Below, in pieces: positions 18,898 through 29,230 of a stretch of DNA of 64,000 nucleotides. The notes below the pieces were generated by a model. It was not told where the DNA came from and did not search any database. It saw only the letters and a list, made by a program, of their open reading frames with translations. Source of the DNA: an uncultured Candidatus Saccharibacteria bacterium (lineage in GTDB: Bacteria; Patescibacteriota; Minisyncoccia; Phycocordibacterales; UBA5272); contig CAZEIK010000003.1 of the NCBI GenBank assembly GCA_964512315.1, forward strand, positions 22,548-86,547. The letters are read 5' to 3'. A program made the position numbers and the translations under genes. The number at the start of each line of letters is the position of its first letter. The first letter of the stretch is position 1.

Positions 18898-19893
18898 CTA
18901 GCTGTCAAGGCCAATGACTTTTCTAACTTCTTGCATTTTCTGCTGTGCAACAAGTCTCACTCTCTTACCGTTCTCCTCAAGTAGAGTATTTAATTTGTCA
19001 GGATTAGCTAGAAGCTCATTATACTTTTCAACCTTACCCTCTCTCCAAGTCAGTATTGTGTTATAGAGGTCGTCTTTTGCCTCTTTGTAACCATAACCAC
19101 CATTTTCAAATTTTGCACGAAGGGTTGCAACTTCATCCTGATTCAAGAAATGTTTATGTATATTAAAAATATTATTAGTGTCTGGATCTTTTTTATCTGC
19201 TGGTGCTGCTGAATCAGTAACAATACTCATGACAGCCTTCTTCACCTCTTCATCTGACCCAAAGAGTGGTATTACATTCCCTTTACTTTTGCTCATTTTC
19301 TGTCCATCAACGCCAGGTATAGTGCCAACATTTTCAACAGTATAATCTTTTGGTAATTTGAAAACTTCTTCATTCCAAGCTCTGTTGAAAAAACCAGCAA
19401 TGTCGCGAGCGTACTCAACATGTTGCTTTTGATCTGCTCCAACAGGAACAATGTCAGCATTATAAATTAAAATATCCGCAGCCATAAGTACCGGATAATC
19501 GAACAAGCCCACATTCACTTCTTTGTTCTTAGCTTCATGATCTTTAAATGCATGCGCGCGCATAAGATAAGGCATAGTAACTATATTGTTCAATATTACA
19601 CAAAGCTCAGCATGCTCAGGTATACTAGACTGTTTAAATATAAATTCAGGGTTAAGTCCACAAGCTATATAAGCTGCCGCTATTTCAAGTGTTGAAGCTT
19701 TGATTGCATTTTTATCTTTTACTGTAGTTAACGCATGATAGTCAGCTATAAAAATATAAGGCGAGTGCTCATCATTATTCGCTAAGTCTATATTTTGCTT
19801 TAATGCACCAAAATAATTACCAAAATGTAATTTGCCGCTCGCTTGCACTCCAGAGACCAAAACTTTTTTACTCATAGGAATATTATAACACAA
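18898..19893 (-). CDS. trpS: Tryptophanyl-tRNA synthetase.
   Basis: 331 aa, HIGH-like GKLHFGNY, KMSKS. Confidence 0.9.
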   Translation of the reverse strand: MCYNIPMSKKVLVSGVQASGKLHFGNYFGALKQNIDLANNDEHSPYIFIADYHALTTVKDKNAIKASTLEIAAAYIACGLNPEFIFKQSSIPEHAELCVILNNIVTMPYLMRAHAFKDHEAKNKEVNVGLFDYPVLMAADILIYNADIVPVGADQKQHVEYARDIAGFFNRAWNEEVFKLPKDYTVENVGTIPGVDGQKMSKSKGNVIPLFGSDEEVKKAVMSIVTDSAAPADKKDPDTNNIFNIHKHFLNQDEVATLRAKFENGGYGYKEAKDDLYNTILTWREGKVEKYNELLANPDKLNTLLEENGKRVRLVAQQKMQEVRKVIGLDS

Positions 19894-19896
19894 AAC

Positions 19897-19928
19897 AAAA
19901 TGACCCTTGTGGGGGTCATTTTGTTTTG
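19897..19928 (-). terminator. Intrinsic terminator.
   Basis: aaatgaccc-ttgtg-ggggtcattt with flanking T/A tracts. Confidence 0.65.
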
Positions 19929-19937
19929 TGTTAAGTC

Positions 19938-21083
19938 TTATTGAGCTTTGGTCTCAGTAGAACTCTTAGCTGACTCTATCGCTTTTAATGCAGCAGAAAT
20001 CTCTGCATTATTAGGAAGTCTTACATTAAGCTCCTTAAGAACTAACTCCTCTTGATCTTTTAATCCTATCATCTTGTAAATGTTGTACAGGTACATTAGA
20101 GGCAAATTGTTAGAAGAGTCATAATTGAATGCAGCTTGAGCATTTAATGTCATTCTAGAGACAACGTCAGCAACTTCTTCTGGAGAAGATGAAGCGGACA
20201 TGCTTTGTAACCTGGCTAAATCAATATCAACTAATCCTAAGTAATAAACATCAAATGGTGCAACTCCTATCGCTTTGTTAAGATTATCTTCTGCTACTTG
20301 TAGATCGCGATTACCTGCAGCTACATAAGCTTTTACATAATATGTACCAGCAACTACACGGAATCCGTTGTGAATAACCCAACCCAAAGCCAAACAGAAC
20401 AATACTACAAGAGTAACTCTGTTAACCAGCGAAACACTTTTTACAGTAAAATTCTTAGCTTCAAATATAAATCCTAGAGCAATACCTAGAAGCGCTGCTG
20501 CTGCGTACCAGAACGGATATTGATATATGCTGTTAAATGATACTATCGGCTTAACAAAATAAGCAACATACTCTGACAAAGCTGACACGCTCCTAGAAAG
20601 AGCTGCGAATAAATAAGGTACCCCTAATGCTACGAGAGAAGCAACTAACATTACCATTCTAGAGTTACCTCTCAGAACTGACGCCAGATAAACAACTGGT
20701 GCAAGGCTTAATATTGCAGCAATACTAACCGGAGCAACACCTTTACCAAATATAACAAAAGATAAAGGTAGATTAGTTTCTGCAACATACGCTACATATG
20801 CGACAACAGCCAGAACTAATGTGCTAACCAAAAGTAACATATTACCAGCTACTTCTTTGCCTCTAAAGCTGTTATACATTAGAGAAGTAACTACAATTAG
20901 AAATGTAATACTAGCGACACAAATTGTAATTGCCCAGTGAGGGAAAACATTTTGCGGCAAGAAGAAACTAGTAAACATCAATGGTGTTACTGCGAATAAA
21001 TAAATGAATAAATTTGATAAAGAAAAATTATTAGACTTAGTAACTTTAGCTTTCATGTTTATAAATTGTAACACGCTAAGCAA
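19938..21083 (-). CDS. Polytopic membrane protein with a C-terminal TPR-like region.
   Basis: 381 aa, about 9 TM helices, then a helical-repeat tail. Confidence 0.5.
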   Translation of the reverse strand: MLSVLQFINMKAKVTKSNNFSLSNLFIYLFAVTPLMFTSFFLPQNVFPHWAITICVASITFLIVVTSLMYNSFRGKEVAGNMLLLVSTLVLAVVAYVAYVAETNLPLSFVIFGKGVAPVSIAAILSLAPVVYLASVLRGNSRMVMLVASLVALGVPYLFAALSRSVSALSEYVAYFVKPIVSFNSIYQYPFWYAAAALLGIALGFIFEAKNFTVKSVSLVNRVTLVVLFCLALGWVIHNGFRVVAGTYYVKAYVAAGNRDLQVAEDNLNKAIGVAPFDVYYLGLVDIDLARLQSMSASSSPEEVADVVSRMTLNAQAAFNYDSSNNLPLMYLYNIYKMIGLKDQEELVLKELNVRLPNNAEISAALKAIESAKSSTETKAQ

Positions 21084-21104
21084 GGTTGCTGTTGTGGATA
21101 TGTA

Positions 21105-22214
21105 TTACACACCCTCCTCTCTCAATTCTTCTACTAATGTTTTTGCTTTGCGAGACAACTTTTTAGGTAACTCTATAGACAATCTAATTATCACATCACC
21201 ACGACCGCGCTTGTTAATATTAGGTACTCCACGACTTGATATTCTTATAGACTCCCCGATACTTGCTCCTGCTGGTATTTCAAAAGAGATATCACCATCT
21301 AGTCCGCCAATCGTTTCTTGCTTACCGAGTAATGCATCAGTTAACTTTATCTTATGAGTTATTACAAGGTCGAATCCCTCCCTGTGCCAATTCTTATCAT
21401 TAGAAACACGTATTTTAACAAAAAGATCTCCTGACTGAGCACCCTTCATAGCTTCACCCATGCCAGACATTTTAATCATTTCACCATTACTAATAGCAGC
21501 TGGAATAATTATATTTACCTCTTCTCTCACATTTTTAATACCAAGACCTTTACAATCAGAACAAGTCTCTTTTGGTATTGTGCCAACACCTTCACAATCA
21601 TCGCAAGTCTTCACAGTCTGAAATGCGCCCATGAATGTTTTTCTTGTTTCGTGTATTTTACCTTTACCATTGCATTTATCACATGTTTTTGTGCCGCTGC
21701 CAGGCTTACCACCTGTGGCGTTACAGGTCTTACATTTTGCGATTTTTGAAATCAAAACTTTTCTTTCTGTGCCGAACACACTCTCAACAAAAGGTATCTC
21801 TATTTCTATAGATATATCCCTGCCTCTTCTAACTCTACCTGATCCCTCGAATCCAAAACCAGAAAACATATCTCCAAATATGTCACCGAGATCACCAAAA
21901 TCAAATTGCATATCTGAGAACTGTGACGGATCGAATCCTCCACCGAACCCTCCAAAACCAGACCCAGCCCCTGGATTAGAATGAGAAAAGCTTTCGCCGT
22001 ACATGTCATACTCTTTTCTCTTTTTGTCGTCACTTAGAATCTGATAAGCTTCGTTGACCTCCTTGAACTTTGCTTCATCACCACCTTTGTCTGGGTGATA
22101 CTTAGCAGCAAGCTTATAAAAAGCCTTTTTTATTTCATCTTTACTAGCACTTTTTGTAACACCTAATGTTGAATAATGATCTTTTTTAGCCATACTTAAG
22201 AGGAAATATAACAC
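21105..22214 (-). CDS. dnaJ: Chaperone DnaJ.
   Basis: J-domain HPD motif, G/F region, four CxxCxGxG zinc-finger repeats. Confidence 0.95.
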   Translation of the reverse strand: MLYFLLSMAKKDHYSTLGVTKSASKDEIKKAFYKLAAKYHPDKGGDEAKFKEVNEAYQILSDDKKRKEYDMYGESFSHSNPGAGSGFGGFGGGFDPSQFSDMQFDFGDLGDIFGDMFSGFGFEGSGRVRRGRDISIEIEIPFVESVFGTERKVLISKIAKCKTCNATGGKPGSGTKTCDKCNGKGKIHETRKTFMGAFQTVKTCDDCEGVGTIPKETCSDCKGLGIKNVREEVNIIIPAAISNGEMIKMSGMGEAMKGAQSGDLFVKIRVSNDKNWHREGFDLVITHKIKLTDALLGKQETIGGLDGDISFEIPAGASIGESIRISSRGVPNINKRGRGDVIIRLSIELPKKLSRKAKTLVEELREEGV

Positions 22215-22246
22215 AAAGCCGGTTGCGTACGCAACCGGCTTTGTGT
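22211..22246. promoter_or_regulatory. 36-nt perfect palindrome in the dnaK-dnaJ intergenic region. Candidate attenuator or processing hairpin.
   Basis: acacaaagccggttgcgtacgcaaccggctttgtgt. Confidence 0.5.
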
Positions 22247-22258
22247 TATATAAAATTA

Positions 22259-24133
22259 CTAATTTTGCCCTTCGTTATTCTGATCTTTTTGTTCAACATT
22301 TGGATCAGCTTCTGAAGCTTGTGTAGCATCATTAGCCGTCTTCATAGCTTCACCAATCTTCATCATAGAAGTGTTAAGCGCCTCGCTAGCTGACTTGATC
22401 TTATCTACATCGTTACTGTCTTTAGCTTGTTTTATTTCTGATATTTTGTCCATTACTTCTTTTTTAATATCATCACCTATCTTGCCTTCAGCATCCTTAA
22501 GAGCCTTCTCAGCCGTATGTATTAATTGATCCGCCATATTCTTAGACTCAGCTACTTCTTTTTTCTTTTCATCCTCAGCAGCATGAGTCTCAGCATCAGC
22601 TTGCATCTTGGCTATCTCTTCTTTCGAAAGTCCTGATGAAGCCTCGATACGAATAGTAGACTCTTTACCACTTGTCTTGTCTTTAGCTTTTACATTTAAT
22701 ATTCCGTTAGCATCAACATCAAATGTAACCTCGACTTGTGGCACGCCACGTGGAGCTGGTGGAATACCATCAAGAATGAATCTACCCAGTGACTTATTAT
22801 CTGCTGCCATTGGGCGCTCACCTTGTACTATGTGTATCTCAACTGATGTCTGATTGTCAGCAGCTGTTGAGAAAGTCTGTGAACGTTGTGTAGGTATTGT
22901 TGTATTTTTCTCGACTAACTTAGTTGCAACGTTACCCATAGTCTCAATACCAAGTGATAGAGGTATCACATCTAGCAGTAACACATCCTTAACATCTCCT
23001 TGTAGAACTCCAGCTTGCACAGCAGCACCGAGAGCAACAACCTCATCAGGGTTAACACTTCTGTTGGGATCTTTACCAAAAAGATTCTTAACAGATTCAA
23101 CTATCATTGGCATACGAGTCTGACCTCCAACCATAATAATCTCGTTAATGTCAGATTTTGAGAATCCAGAGTCTTTAAGAGTCTGCTCAGTTATCTTTAT
23201 TGATCTTTCAACAAAAGGTCTAGCGATACTCTCAAGTTGTGCGCGAGTAAAAGTAACGTCAAGATTCTTAGGCCCTTCAGCTCCTACTGATATGTAAGGC
23301 AAGAATATCTTAGACTCAACTTGAGTTGATAATTCATGTTTTGCTTTCTCTGCTGCCTCATCCACTCTTTGCATTGCAAGAGTATCAGTTGATAAGTCTA
23401 TGCCAGACTCCTTTTTAAATTGATCAACAATATAAGCAACTATCTCTTGATCTATGTCACGACCTCCCAAGTGTGAGTCTCCACCTGTTGCCTTAACCTC
23501 AACTACACCATCCCCAACCTCCAGAATAGAGATATCAAAAGTACCTCCTCCAAAGTCATACACCGCCAACTTCTCATTTGCCTTCTTGTCGAATCCGTAC
23601 GCGAGCGCTGCTGCAGTAGGCTCATTAATAATGCGCTTAACATCTAGTCCAGCTATTTGGCCAGCGTCCTTAGTAGCTTGGCGTTGTGAGTCGTTGAAGT
23701 ATGCAGGAACTGTAATAACAGCCTCAGTAACTTTCTCACCAATCTTAGCTTCTACATCAGCTTTAATCTTTTGCAATATCATTGCTGATATTTCCTCTGG
23801 GCGCATGTCTTTGCCACCAAGGTTAACCAAAACACCATTAGTATCCCCCGCCTTAACACTGTATGTTACTCGGCCAAGATCATCTTGCACCTCTTTATCG
23901 CTAAAGCTATGCCCCATATAACGCTTTACACCGTATATAGTATCCTTAGGATTCATAACTGCTTGACGCTTAGCTATAACACCCACTGTGCGCTCACCAG
24001 CCTTAGACACACTCACCACTGACGGTGTTGTGCGCATACCTTCTATATTTTCTATAATTTTAGGTACACCACCTTCCATTATCGCTACAGCTGAGTTAGT
24101 TGTTCCTAAGTCAATTCCAATTATTTTTGCCAT
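22259..24133 (-). CDS. dnaK: Chaperone DnaK (Hsp70).
   Basis: [18 protein letters not shown] and other Hsp70 signatures. 624 aa. Confidence 0.97.
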   Translation of the reverse strand: MAKIIGIDLGTTNSAVAIMEGGVPKIIENIEGMRTTPSVVSVSKAGERTVGVIAKRQAVMNPKDTIYGVKRYMGHSFSDKEVQDDLGRVTYSVKAGDTNGVLVNLGGKDMRPEEISAMILQKIKADVEAKIGEKVTEAVITVPAYFNDSQRQATKDAGQIAGLDVKRIINEPTAAALAYGFDKKANEKLAVYDFGGGTFDISILEVGDGVVEVKATGGDSHLGGRDIDQEIVAYIVDQFKKESGIDLSTDTLAMQRVDEAAEKAKHELSTQVESKIFLPYISVGAEGPKNLDVTFTRAQLESIARPFVERSIKITEQTLKDSGFSKSDINEIIMVGGQTRMPMIVESVKNLFGKDPNRSVNPDEVVALGAAVQAGVLQGDVKDVLLLDVIPLSLGIETMGNVATKLVEKNTTIPTQRSQTFSTAADNQTSVEIHIVQGERPMAADNKSLGRFILDGIPPAPRGVPQVEVTFDVDANGILNVKAKDKTSGKESTIRIEASSGLSKEEIAKMQADAETHAAEDEKKKEVAESKNMADQLIHTAEKALKDAEGKIGDDIKKEVMDKISEIKQAKDSNDVDKIKSASEALNTSMMKIGEAMKTANDATQASEADPNVEQKDQNNEGQN

Positions 24134-24443
24134 AATATTTTAAGTTTATTTAATTTTAGTTAATTTAATAATAAAAACTAAAGATATACAGGTGGTGCAA
24201 GCAAATTAGAATATATTATAAAATCACTCTTAACTAATTTGTTATTTTTAACAACAAAATAACTTTTATTTTGAGGTGCGCACTTGTTTAAAAAAGAACA
24301 AAAGAATTTTGAAATATTCTCTACGACCTCTTTTACTTTTTTAACTAGAGTGAAAACAAAATTAACCACTACCAAAAATACAGCAAATATATCTTCTGCT
24401 ATTTCATACAAAACTATATATTTTTTCTGTATTATTATTTGCA

Positions 24444-24980
24444 TTAGTTTTTGTAAACTTTTACTTTTGCTGGCCTAATTATAACACCATTTAACTTGTA
24501 ACCACGCATAATCACCTGTGCGATTTTCTCATTAAGATTAGCGTCTTGTGTGGCTACACTTTCCAGAGCTTCGTGAATATTAGCATCATAGGTATCACCT
24601 TCAACTCCAAATGCTTCCAATCCTTCAGCTTGTAGCTTATCTTTAAAAGTCTTAAATATATATTCTATACCACTGCGCCAATTAGTATCAACAGACTCCC
24701 AGGCTGCCTTATTGCTCCTTGCTGCATCATAAGTGTCCAATACTGGCAAAAGGTCCATGACGAATCTTTTGATGGCGTATTTGGCTGTTTCAGACTTTTC
24801 TTTTGCGATTTCTTTTTCTCTGTTAGCATAGTCTGCTTGCGCGCGTTGCCACCCAGAAAGATACTCTGACTTTTCTCCTTCTAATTTCTTTATTTTCTCT
24901 TTTAACTTAGCCACAGCTACTTTGACACTTTCTTCTCCGTTCTCATCTAATTGTTCAAAAATAACATCATCTTCATTCAT
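24444..24980 (-). CDS. grpE: Nucleotide exchange factor GrpE.
   Basis: 178 aa with GrpE coiled-coil and C-terminal beta domain motifs. Confidence 0.85.
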   Translation of the reverse strand: MNEDDVIFEQLDENGEESVKVAVAKLKEKIKKLEGEKSEYLSGWQRAQADYANREKEIAKEKSETAKYAIKRFVMDLLPVLDTYDAARSNKAAWESVDTNWRSGIEYIFKTFKDKLQAEGLEAFGVEGDTYDANIHEALESVATQDANLNEKIAQVIMRGYKLNGVIIRPAKVKVYKN

Positions 24981-25023
24981 ACTAATACTTTATATACAAA
25001 AATATTTTTCCTGTCAAGAAAAC

Positions 25024-25054
25024 AAAAACCTCGCCGATGCGAGGTTTTTGTTTG
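25024..25054 (-). terminator. Intrinsic terminator downstream of rpsI.
   Basis: aaaaacctcgc-cgat-gcgaggttttt. Confidence 0.7.
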
Positions 25055-25072
25055 ATTTGTTTTTGAAATAGA

Positions 25073-25471
25073 TTAACGTTTTGACCAAGTTGGTGACTTG
25101 CGAGCTTTTTTCAATCCTGGCTTCTTTCTTTCTTTTGCACGAGGGTCACGCTTAAGGAATCCAATCTTCTTAAGATTAGAACGTAACTCAAGATCATGAG
25201 TAACGATAGCGCGAGCAAGACCGTGACGTACCGCCTCAGCTTGAGCATGTATACCTCCTCCTGTTACATGAGCAGAAACAGAGAATTGAGTTGAAACACC
25301 AGACTTTGGAAGAGCCTCTGTTGCAACTAATTGCATTTCTTTGGTTGGGAAATAATCCTTAACCTCTTTGTCGTTAATAGTAAAAGTAACTTTTGTAGAT
25401 GGAGTAATACGAACACGAGCAATTGATGTTTTGCGGCGACCTATTCCTTCGATGTATTTAGCGTTTGACAT
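25073..25471 (-). CDS. rpsI: 30S ribosomal protein S9.
   Basis: GRRKTSIARV... C-terminal KRKPGLKKARKSPTWSKR. Confidence 0.95.
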   Translation of the reverse strand: MSNAKYIEGIGRRKTSIARVRITPSTKVTFTINDKEVKDYFPTKEMQLVATEALPKSGVSTQFSVSAHVTGGGIHAQAEAVRHGLARAIVTHDLELRSNLKKIGFLKRDPRAKERKKPGLKKARKSPTWSKR

Positions 25472-25488
25472 ATATTAAATAATTTAAA

Positions 25489-25833
25489 TTACTCGGTAAT
25501 CTCCAAGTTTTTCATACGAGTATCTGCTAATCTGTTCTTAGGAAGCATTCCGTATACTGCGTGCTTGATAAGCTCTCCATATCCCTTCTTAGCTGCTACG
25601 ATACCAATAGTTAGCTCTTTCAATCCTCCTGGGTATCCTGAGTATCTCTTGTGTAGTAACTCATTCATCTTGTCTCCAGTTACACGTAATTTAGAAGCAT
25701 TCTCTATTTTAACCTTAACGTCAAGAACTTTATTTTTTACGAAATCTACAGAATTTTTACCATTAAGAAGAGCCGCTACTTCGCTAGCTAGTCTTCCAAG
25801 TGATTTTCCTGTTGCGTCAATTGTATATTTCAT
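25489..25833 (-). CDS. rplM: 50S ribosomal protein L13 (short form).
   Basis: 114 aa, GRLASEVA motif, L13 family. Confidence 0.85.
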   Translation of the reverse strand: MKYTIDATGKSLGRLASEVAALLNGKNSVDFVKNKVLDVKVKIENASKLRVTGDKMNELLHKRYSGYPGGLKELTIGIVAAKKGYGELIKHAVYGMLPKNRLADTRMKNLEITE

Positions 25834-25838
25834 AATTT

Positions 25839-26192
25839 TTAAATAAATTCAATAATAGCCATCTCGCTAGCATCAGAAAGGCGAGGGTTCTTGCGGATGA
25901 TGCGAGTATAACCACCTTTTACATCTTTATACTTAGGAGCATACTCTGTCCAAAGTTTCTCAATCTCTATATCGTGATTGTATAGCTTAGATGCAGCTAG
26001 GCGTCTAGCGGCAATTGATCCGTTCTTAGCATAAGTAACCATTCTCTCAACAAAAGGACGAATCTCCTTAGCGCGAGCAATAGTTGTCTCGATACGACCG
26101 TGAATAATAAGAGAACTGACAAGACCTTTGACAAATGCCTTTCTTGCGTTTTTCTTTCTTCCAAATTTTCTGATGGCTTTATGATGCTTCAT
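25839..26192 (-). CDS. rplQ: 50S ribosomal protein L17.
   Basis: 117 aa L17 family. Confidence 0.9.
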   Translation of the reverse strand: MKHHKAIRKFGRKKNARKAFVKGLVSSLIIHGRIETTIARAKEIRPFVERMVTYAKNGSIAARRLAASKLYNHDIEIEKLWTEYAPKYKDVKGGYTRIIRKNPRLSDASEMAIIEFI

Positions 26193-26230
26193 AGCGGCAA
26201 AATTATAACACTAATTTTAATAAATTTCAA

Positions 26231-27202
26231 TTACTCCTCTTTTAGAGTAAGACCATAGTTAGCGACCAACTCTTTAATCTCATTGATACCCTTGTCTCCC
26301 ATACCTTCTATCTCTTTTACGTCAGTTAAAGATTTACGAACCAGACCTCCTAAAGTCTTAACTCCAGCTGCAATCAAAGTGTTAACGGTTCTTGTTGATA
26401 GAGCAAGATCTTCGATCTTGATTTTTGTAATATCCTCAGAAGATTCTGGTTCTTCTGTTACTGAACTAGTAACACTATCAGATGAAGAGTTGACCTCTTC
26501 TCTCGCAGAAAACTCTCTGTAGCCAACAATAGACTGTAATTGATGGATCATTGTTTGTATAGATGATTCAAAAGCTTCCTTTGCTGTAATAGACCCATCT
26601 GTCTCAATAGAGATACGAAGTCTGTTGTGATCTGTTCTATCTCCAACACGCATATTCTCAACCTCGTAAGACACGCGACGAATAGGAGTAAAAGCGGCAT
26701 CAAGAATAATGGCACCGATGTCAGCTTTTTCTTTAGAAATAAGCTCACGTGGCACGTATCCCAATCCTTTTTCAACTGTTAAGTTAATAGAGACCTCTTT
26801 ATTCTCTGTTATTTCGAAAAGATATTGATCTTTGTTTACAACTTCAACTTGAGTTGGAGTTTGTATGTCTTTAGAAGTAACCTTTTTTGGTCCTTTCACA
26901 GAAAGATTTATTTGTGTCTCCTCATCAGAGTGCAACTGAAAACGCACTTTCTTAAGGTTAAGAATAATAGCAATGACATCCTCCTTAACACCTTCTATTG
27001 TCGAGAACTCATGCTTCACACCATCGATATTGATAGAAGTAATAGCAGCTCCAGGTATAGAAGATAAGATCACACGGCGAAGAGAATTGCCTAATGTGTG
27101 GCCATATCCTGGGTATAGACCATCGATTTCAAAAATACCTATAGTATTTTCGTCTTTTATAATTTTAGGTTTTGTTGGGAGAAGAATTGAGTGTGATGAC
27201 AT
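26231..27202 (-). CDS. rpoA: DNA-directed RNA polymerase subunit alpha.
   Basis: 323 aa with N-terminal dimerisation domain and C-terminal helix-hairpin-helix domain. Confidence 0.93.
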   Translation of the reverse strand: MSSHSILLPTKPKIIKDENTIGIFEIDGLYPGYGHTLGNSLRRVILSSIPGAAITSINIDGVKHEFSTIEGVKEDVIAIILNLKKVRFQLHSDEETQINLSVKGPKKVTSKDIQTPTQVEVVNKDQYLFEITENKEVSINLTVEKGLGYVPRELISKEKADIGAIILDAAFTPIRRVSYEVENMRVGDRTDHNRLRISIETDGSITAKEAFESSIQTMIHQLQSIVGYREFSAREEVNSSSDSVTSSVTEEPESSEDITKIKIEDLALSTRTVNTLIAAGVKTLGGLVRKSLTDVKEIEGMGDKGINEIKELVANYGLTLKEE

Positions 27203-27270
27203 GTTTTTGAGGTTAAAACTTTTCTAATAATACTACACTTTTTGCTTTTTGGCAAAAGGCTTTGTGGATA

Positions 27271-27903
27271 CTAGCGAGAATAGAACTCTAGAACCTTACC
27301 GATGTCCAGAGCGTGATCTGTTTCGATTGGGTGAGCTGTAATCTTAGCTGACATTTTGCTAGGATCAACTGTCATCCAAGAAACAGTTTTGTGATCTTTT
27401 AGTTTGTCTGTAATAGAAGTGAAGATCTTAATTGCCTTACTTCCTTCTCTTACTGCGATCTCGTCGTCTACGTCTACTCTAAGAGATGGCACGTCTACTT
27501 TCTTACCGTTAACAACTATATGACCATGAGAAACTAATTGGCGAGCCAAAGAGCGAGATGTAGCTAGCCCCATACGGAACACTACATTATCAAGTCTTTC
27601 CTCAAGCTGCATAATAAGAGCCTGACCTTCATTTGTTTTGTGCTTAGCTGCAGCAGATTTCATGTTTGCAACATAATTAGCAAACTGCTTCTCTGAAAGA
27701 CCGTATATATTACGTATCTTTTGCTTTTCTCTTAGCTGCTCAGAGTACTCAGACTTGTTAGATCTGTGCTTTCTTTCGCTGTCACGTATTCCTGGTGGAT
27801 AAGGACGCTCAACAAAAGGACATTTTGGAGTAAAACACTTTTCTCCTTTTAGATAGAGCTTTTCTCCAGCTCTACGACACTTTTTACATTTTGCATCTGT
27901 CAT
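27271..27903 (-). CDS. rpsD: 30S ribosomal protein S4.
   Basis: N-terminal Cys4 zinc finger, S4 domain. Confidence 0.95.
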   Translation of the reverse strand: MTDAKCKKCRRAGEKLYLKGEKCFTPKCPFVERPYPPGIRDSERKHRSNKSEYSEQLREKQKIRNIYGLSEKQFANYVANMKSAAAKHKTNEGQALIMQLEERLDNVVFRMGLATSRSLARQLVSHGHIVVNGKKVDVPSLRVDVDDEIAVREGSKAIKIFTSITDKLKDHKTVSWMTVDPSKMSAKITAHPIETDHALDIGKVLEFYSR

Positions 27904-27948
27904 AAATTTATAATTAGTTAAAGTTAAATGAAAGTAAGGCTAATAATA

Positions 27949-28383
27949 CTAGACATGTCTAGGTTTCTTTGGTTTAGGGCCATTGTGTGGCACTGGTGTA
28001 CGGTCTTCAATGCTTGTAACATCTATATTAAAAGCAGAAAAGCTTCTGATTGCTGACTCGCGACCAGAACCAACACCCTTAACAACAACAGATACCTCTT
28101 TAATACCAGCTTGAGAAGCTTTTTCTCCTAGTAATTCTCCTATTTTAGAAGCAGCGAATGGTGTACCCTTCTTGGCACCTTTGAATCCTAAAGATCCAGA
28201 AGAAGACCAAGCAAGAGAGTTACCACTCTTATCTGTAAGAGTTACTCTTGTGTTGTTATAAGTAGATTCAACAAAAAGTATACCTTCTGTTACTTTTTTC
28301 TTTAGACCCTTTGCAAGAGATCTTGCCTTTAGAGATCCATCTACTCCTGAACTATTCTTTTTTACAATTCTCTTTTTTCCCAT
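27949..28383 (-). CDS. rpsK: 30S ribosomal protein S11.
   Basis: 144 aa S11 family. Confidence 0.95.
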   Translation of the reverse strand: MGKKRIVKKNSSGVDGSLKARSLAKGLKKKVTEGILFVESTYNNTRVTLTDKSGNSLAWSSSGSLGFKGAKKGTPFAASKIGELLGEKASQAGIKEVSVVVKGVGSGRESAIRSFSAFNIDVTSIEDRTPVPHNGPKPKKPRHV

Positions 28384-28415
28384 AATTTAAGTTAGTTTTC
28401 AATCAGAAGTTAATT

Positions 28416-28796
28416 TTATGTCTTCTCTGTCTTGCGGCGACCGCTACCCATAGTCTTACGTACATTTCCACGTACTGTACGACTGTTGGTTTTGGTGCGT
28501 TGACCTCTTGCTGGTAAATGTTTGATATGTCTTGTCCCACGATAACACTTGATATCTTTCAAGCGTTTGATTTCTTGCTGAATATCACGAGAAAGATCTC
28601 CTTCAATACGGTAGCCTTCTATTTCTTTACGAATAGCTGCCTCCGCATCTGCTGTTAGATCAGGAGTTTTAGTTCCATAATCTACTTTTGCAGCATCAAG
28701 AATCTTTCTTGCGCGAGATCTACCAATACCGTAAACGGCAGTTAAGGCGATCTCCATTCTTTTGTTTTCTGGTAAATTGATACCTGCGATACGCAT
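28416..28796 (-). CDS. rpsM: 30S ribosomal protein S13.
   Basis: MRIAGINLP... S13 family. Confidence 0.95.
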   Translation of the reverse strand: MRIAGINLPENKRMEIALTAVYGIGRSRARKILDAAKVDYGTKTPDLTADAEAAIRKEIEGYRIEGDLSRDIQQEIKRLKDIKCYRGTRHIKHLPARGQRTKTNSRTVRGNVRKTMGSGRRKTEKT

Positions 28797-28815
28797 AAAT
28801 TATATTAATAATAAA

Positions 28816-28929
28816 TTACCCTTGTACTTGTTTGCACTTAGGATTTTTACAAATGACACGAAGCGCACCTCTGCGGCGCACCATCTGACAATTTGAACAG
28901 ATTTTTTTAATAGATGACCTTACTTTCAT
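28816..28929 (-). CDS. rpmJ: 50S ribosomal protein L36. Not in the supplied ORF track because it is shorter than 60 aa.
   Basis: Manual translation: [37 protein letters not shown], with the conserved C-x2-C-x12-C-x4-H/C ribbon. Confidence 0.9.
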   Translation of the reverse strand: MKVRSSIKKICSNCQMVRRRGALRVICKNPKCKQVQG

Positions 28930-28989
28930 GCAAGTCCTCGCAGTATACTATATTTTATTATTTTCCGCAAGAACTATATACCTTTTTAG

Positions 28990-29196
28990 CTAGAAACGTC
29001 TAACTATTCTACCTTTACCACCGTATTCGTCTAATTGAATAGATACTTTATCTCCAACTAGTATACGAATCTTATGTATACGCATCTTGCCACCCAAATA
29101 AACAATCATTTCTCCTCTGCTTGTTTCTACTCTAAAATGAGTGTTCGGCAATGCCGCAATAACTCTTCCCTCAATTACTTCTAATTCATCTTCCAT
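28990..29196 (-). CDS. infA: Translation initiation factor IF-1.
   Basis: 68 aa S1-like OB fold. Confidence 0.93.
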   Translation of the reverse strand: MEDELEVIEGRVIAALPNTHFRVETSRGEMIVYLGGKMRIHKIRILVGDKVSIQLDEYGGKGRIVRRF

Positions 29197-29230
29197 ATAA
29201 TAGACTGTTGATTTTACATTAATACATTGC

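Noticed and set aside
22608-23921. Several 80-155-aa plus-strand ORFs inside dnaK, and similar antisense ORFs inside leuS, alaS, rnr, atpD, atpA, the LysM gene and others.
   Set aside because: They lie entirely within and antisense to well-supported conserved genes. These are shadow ORFs.
24134-24443. CIRCE/HrcA operator or an hrcA gene upstream of grpE-dnaK, and the 88-aa ORF 24178-24444.
   Set aside because: No TTAGCACTC-N9-GAGTGCTAA was found. The ORF is in an extremely AT-rich promoter-like spacer and looks non-coding.
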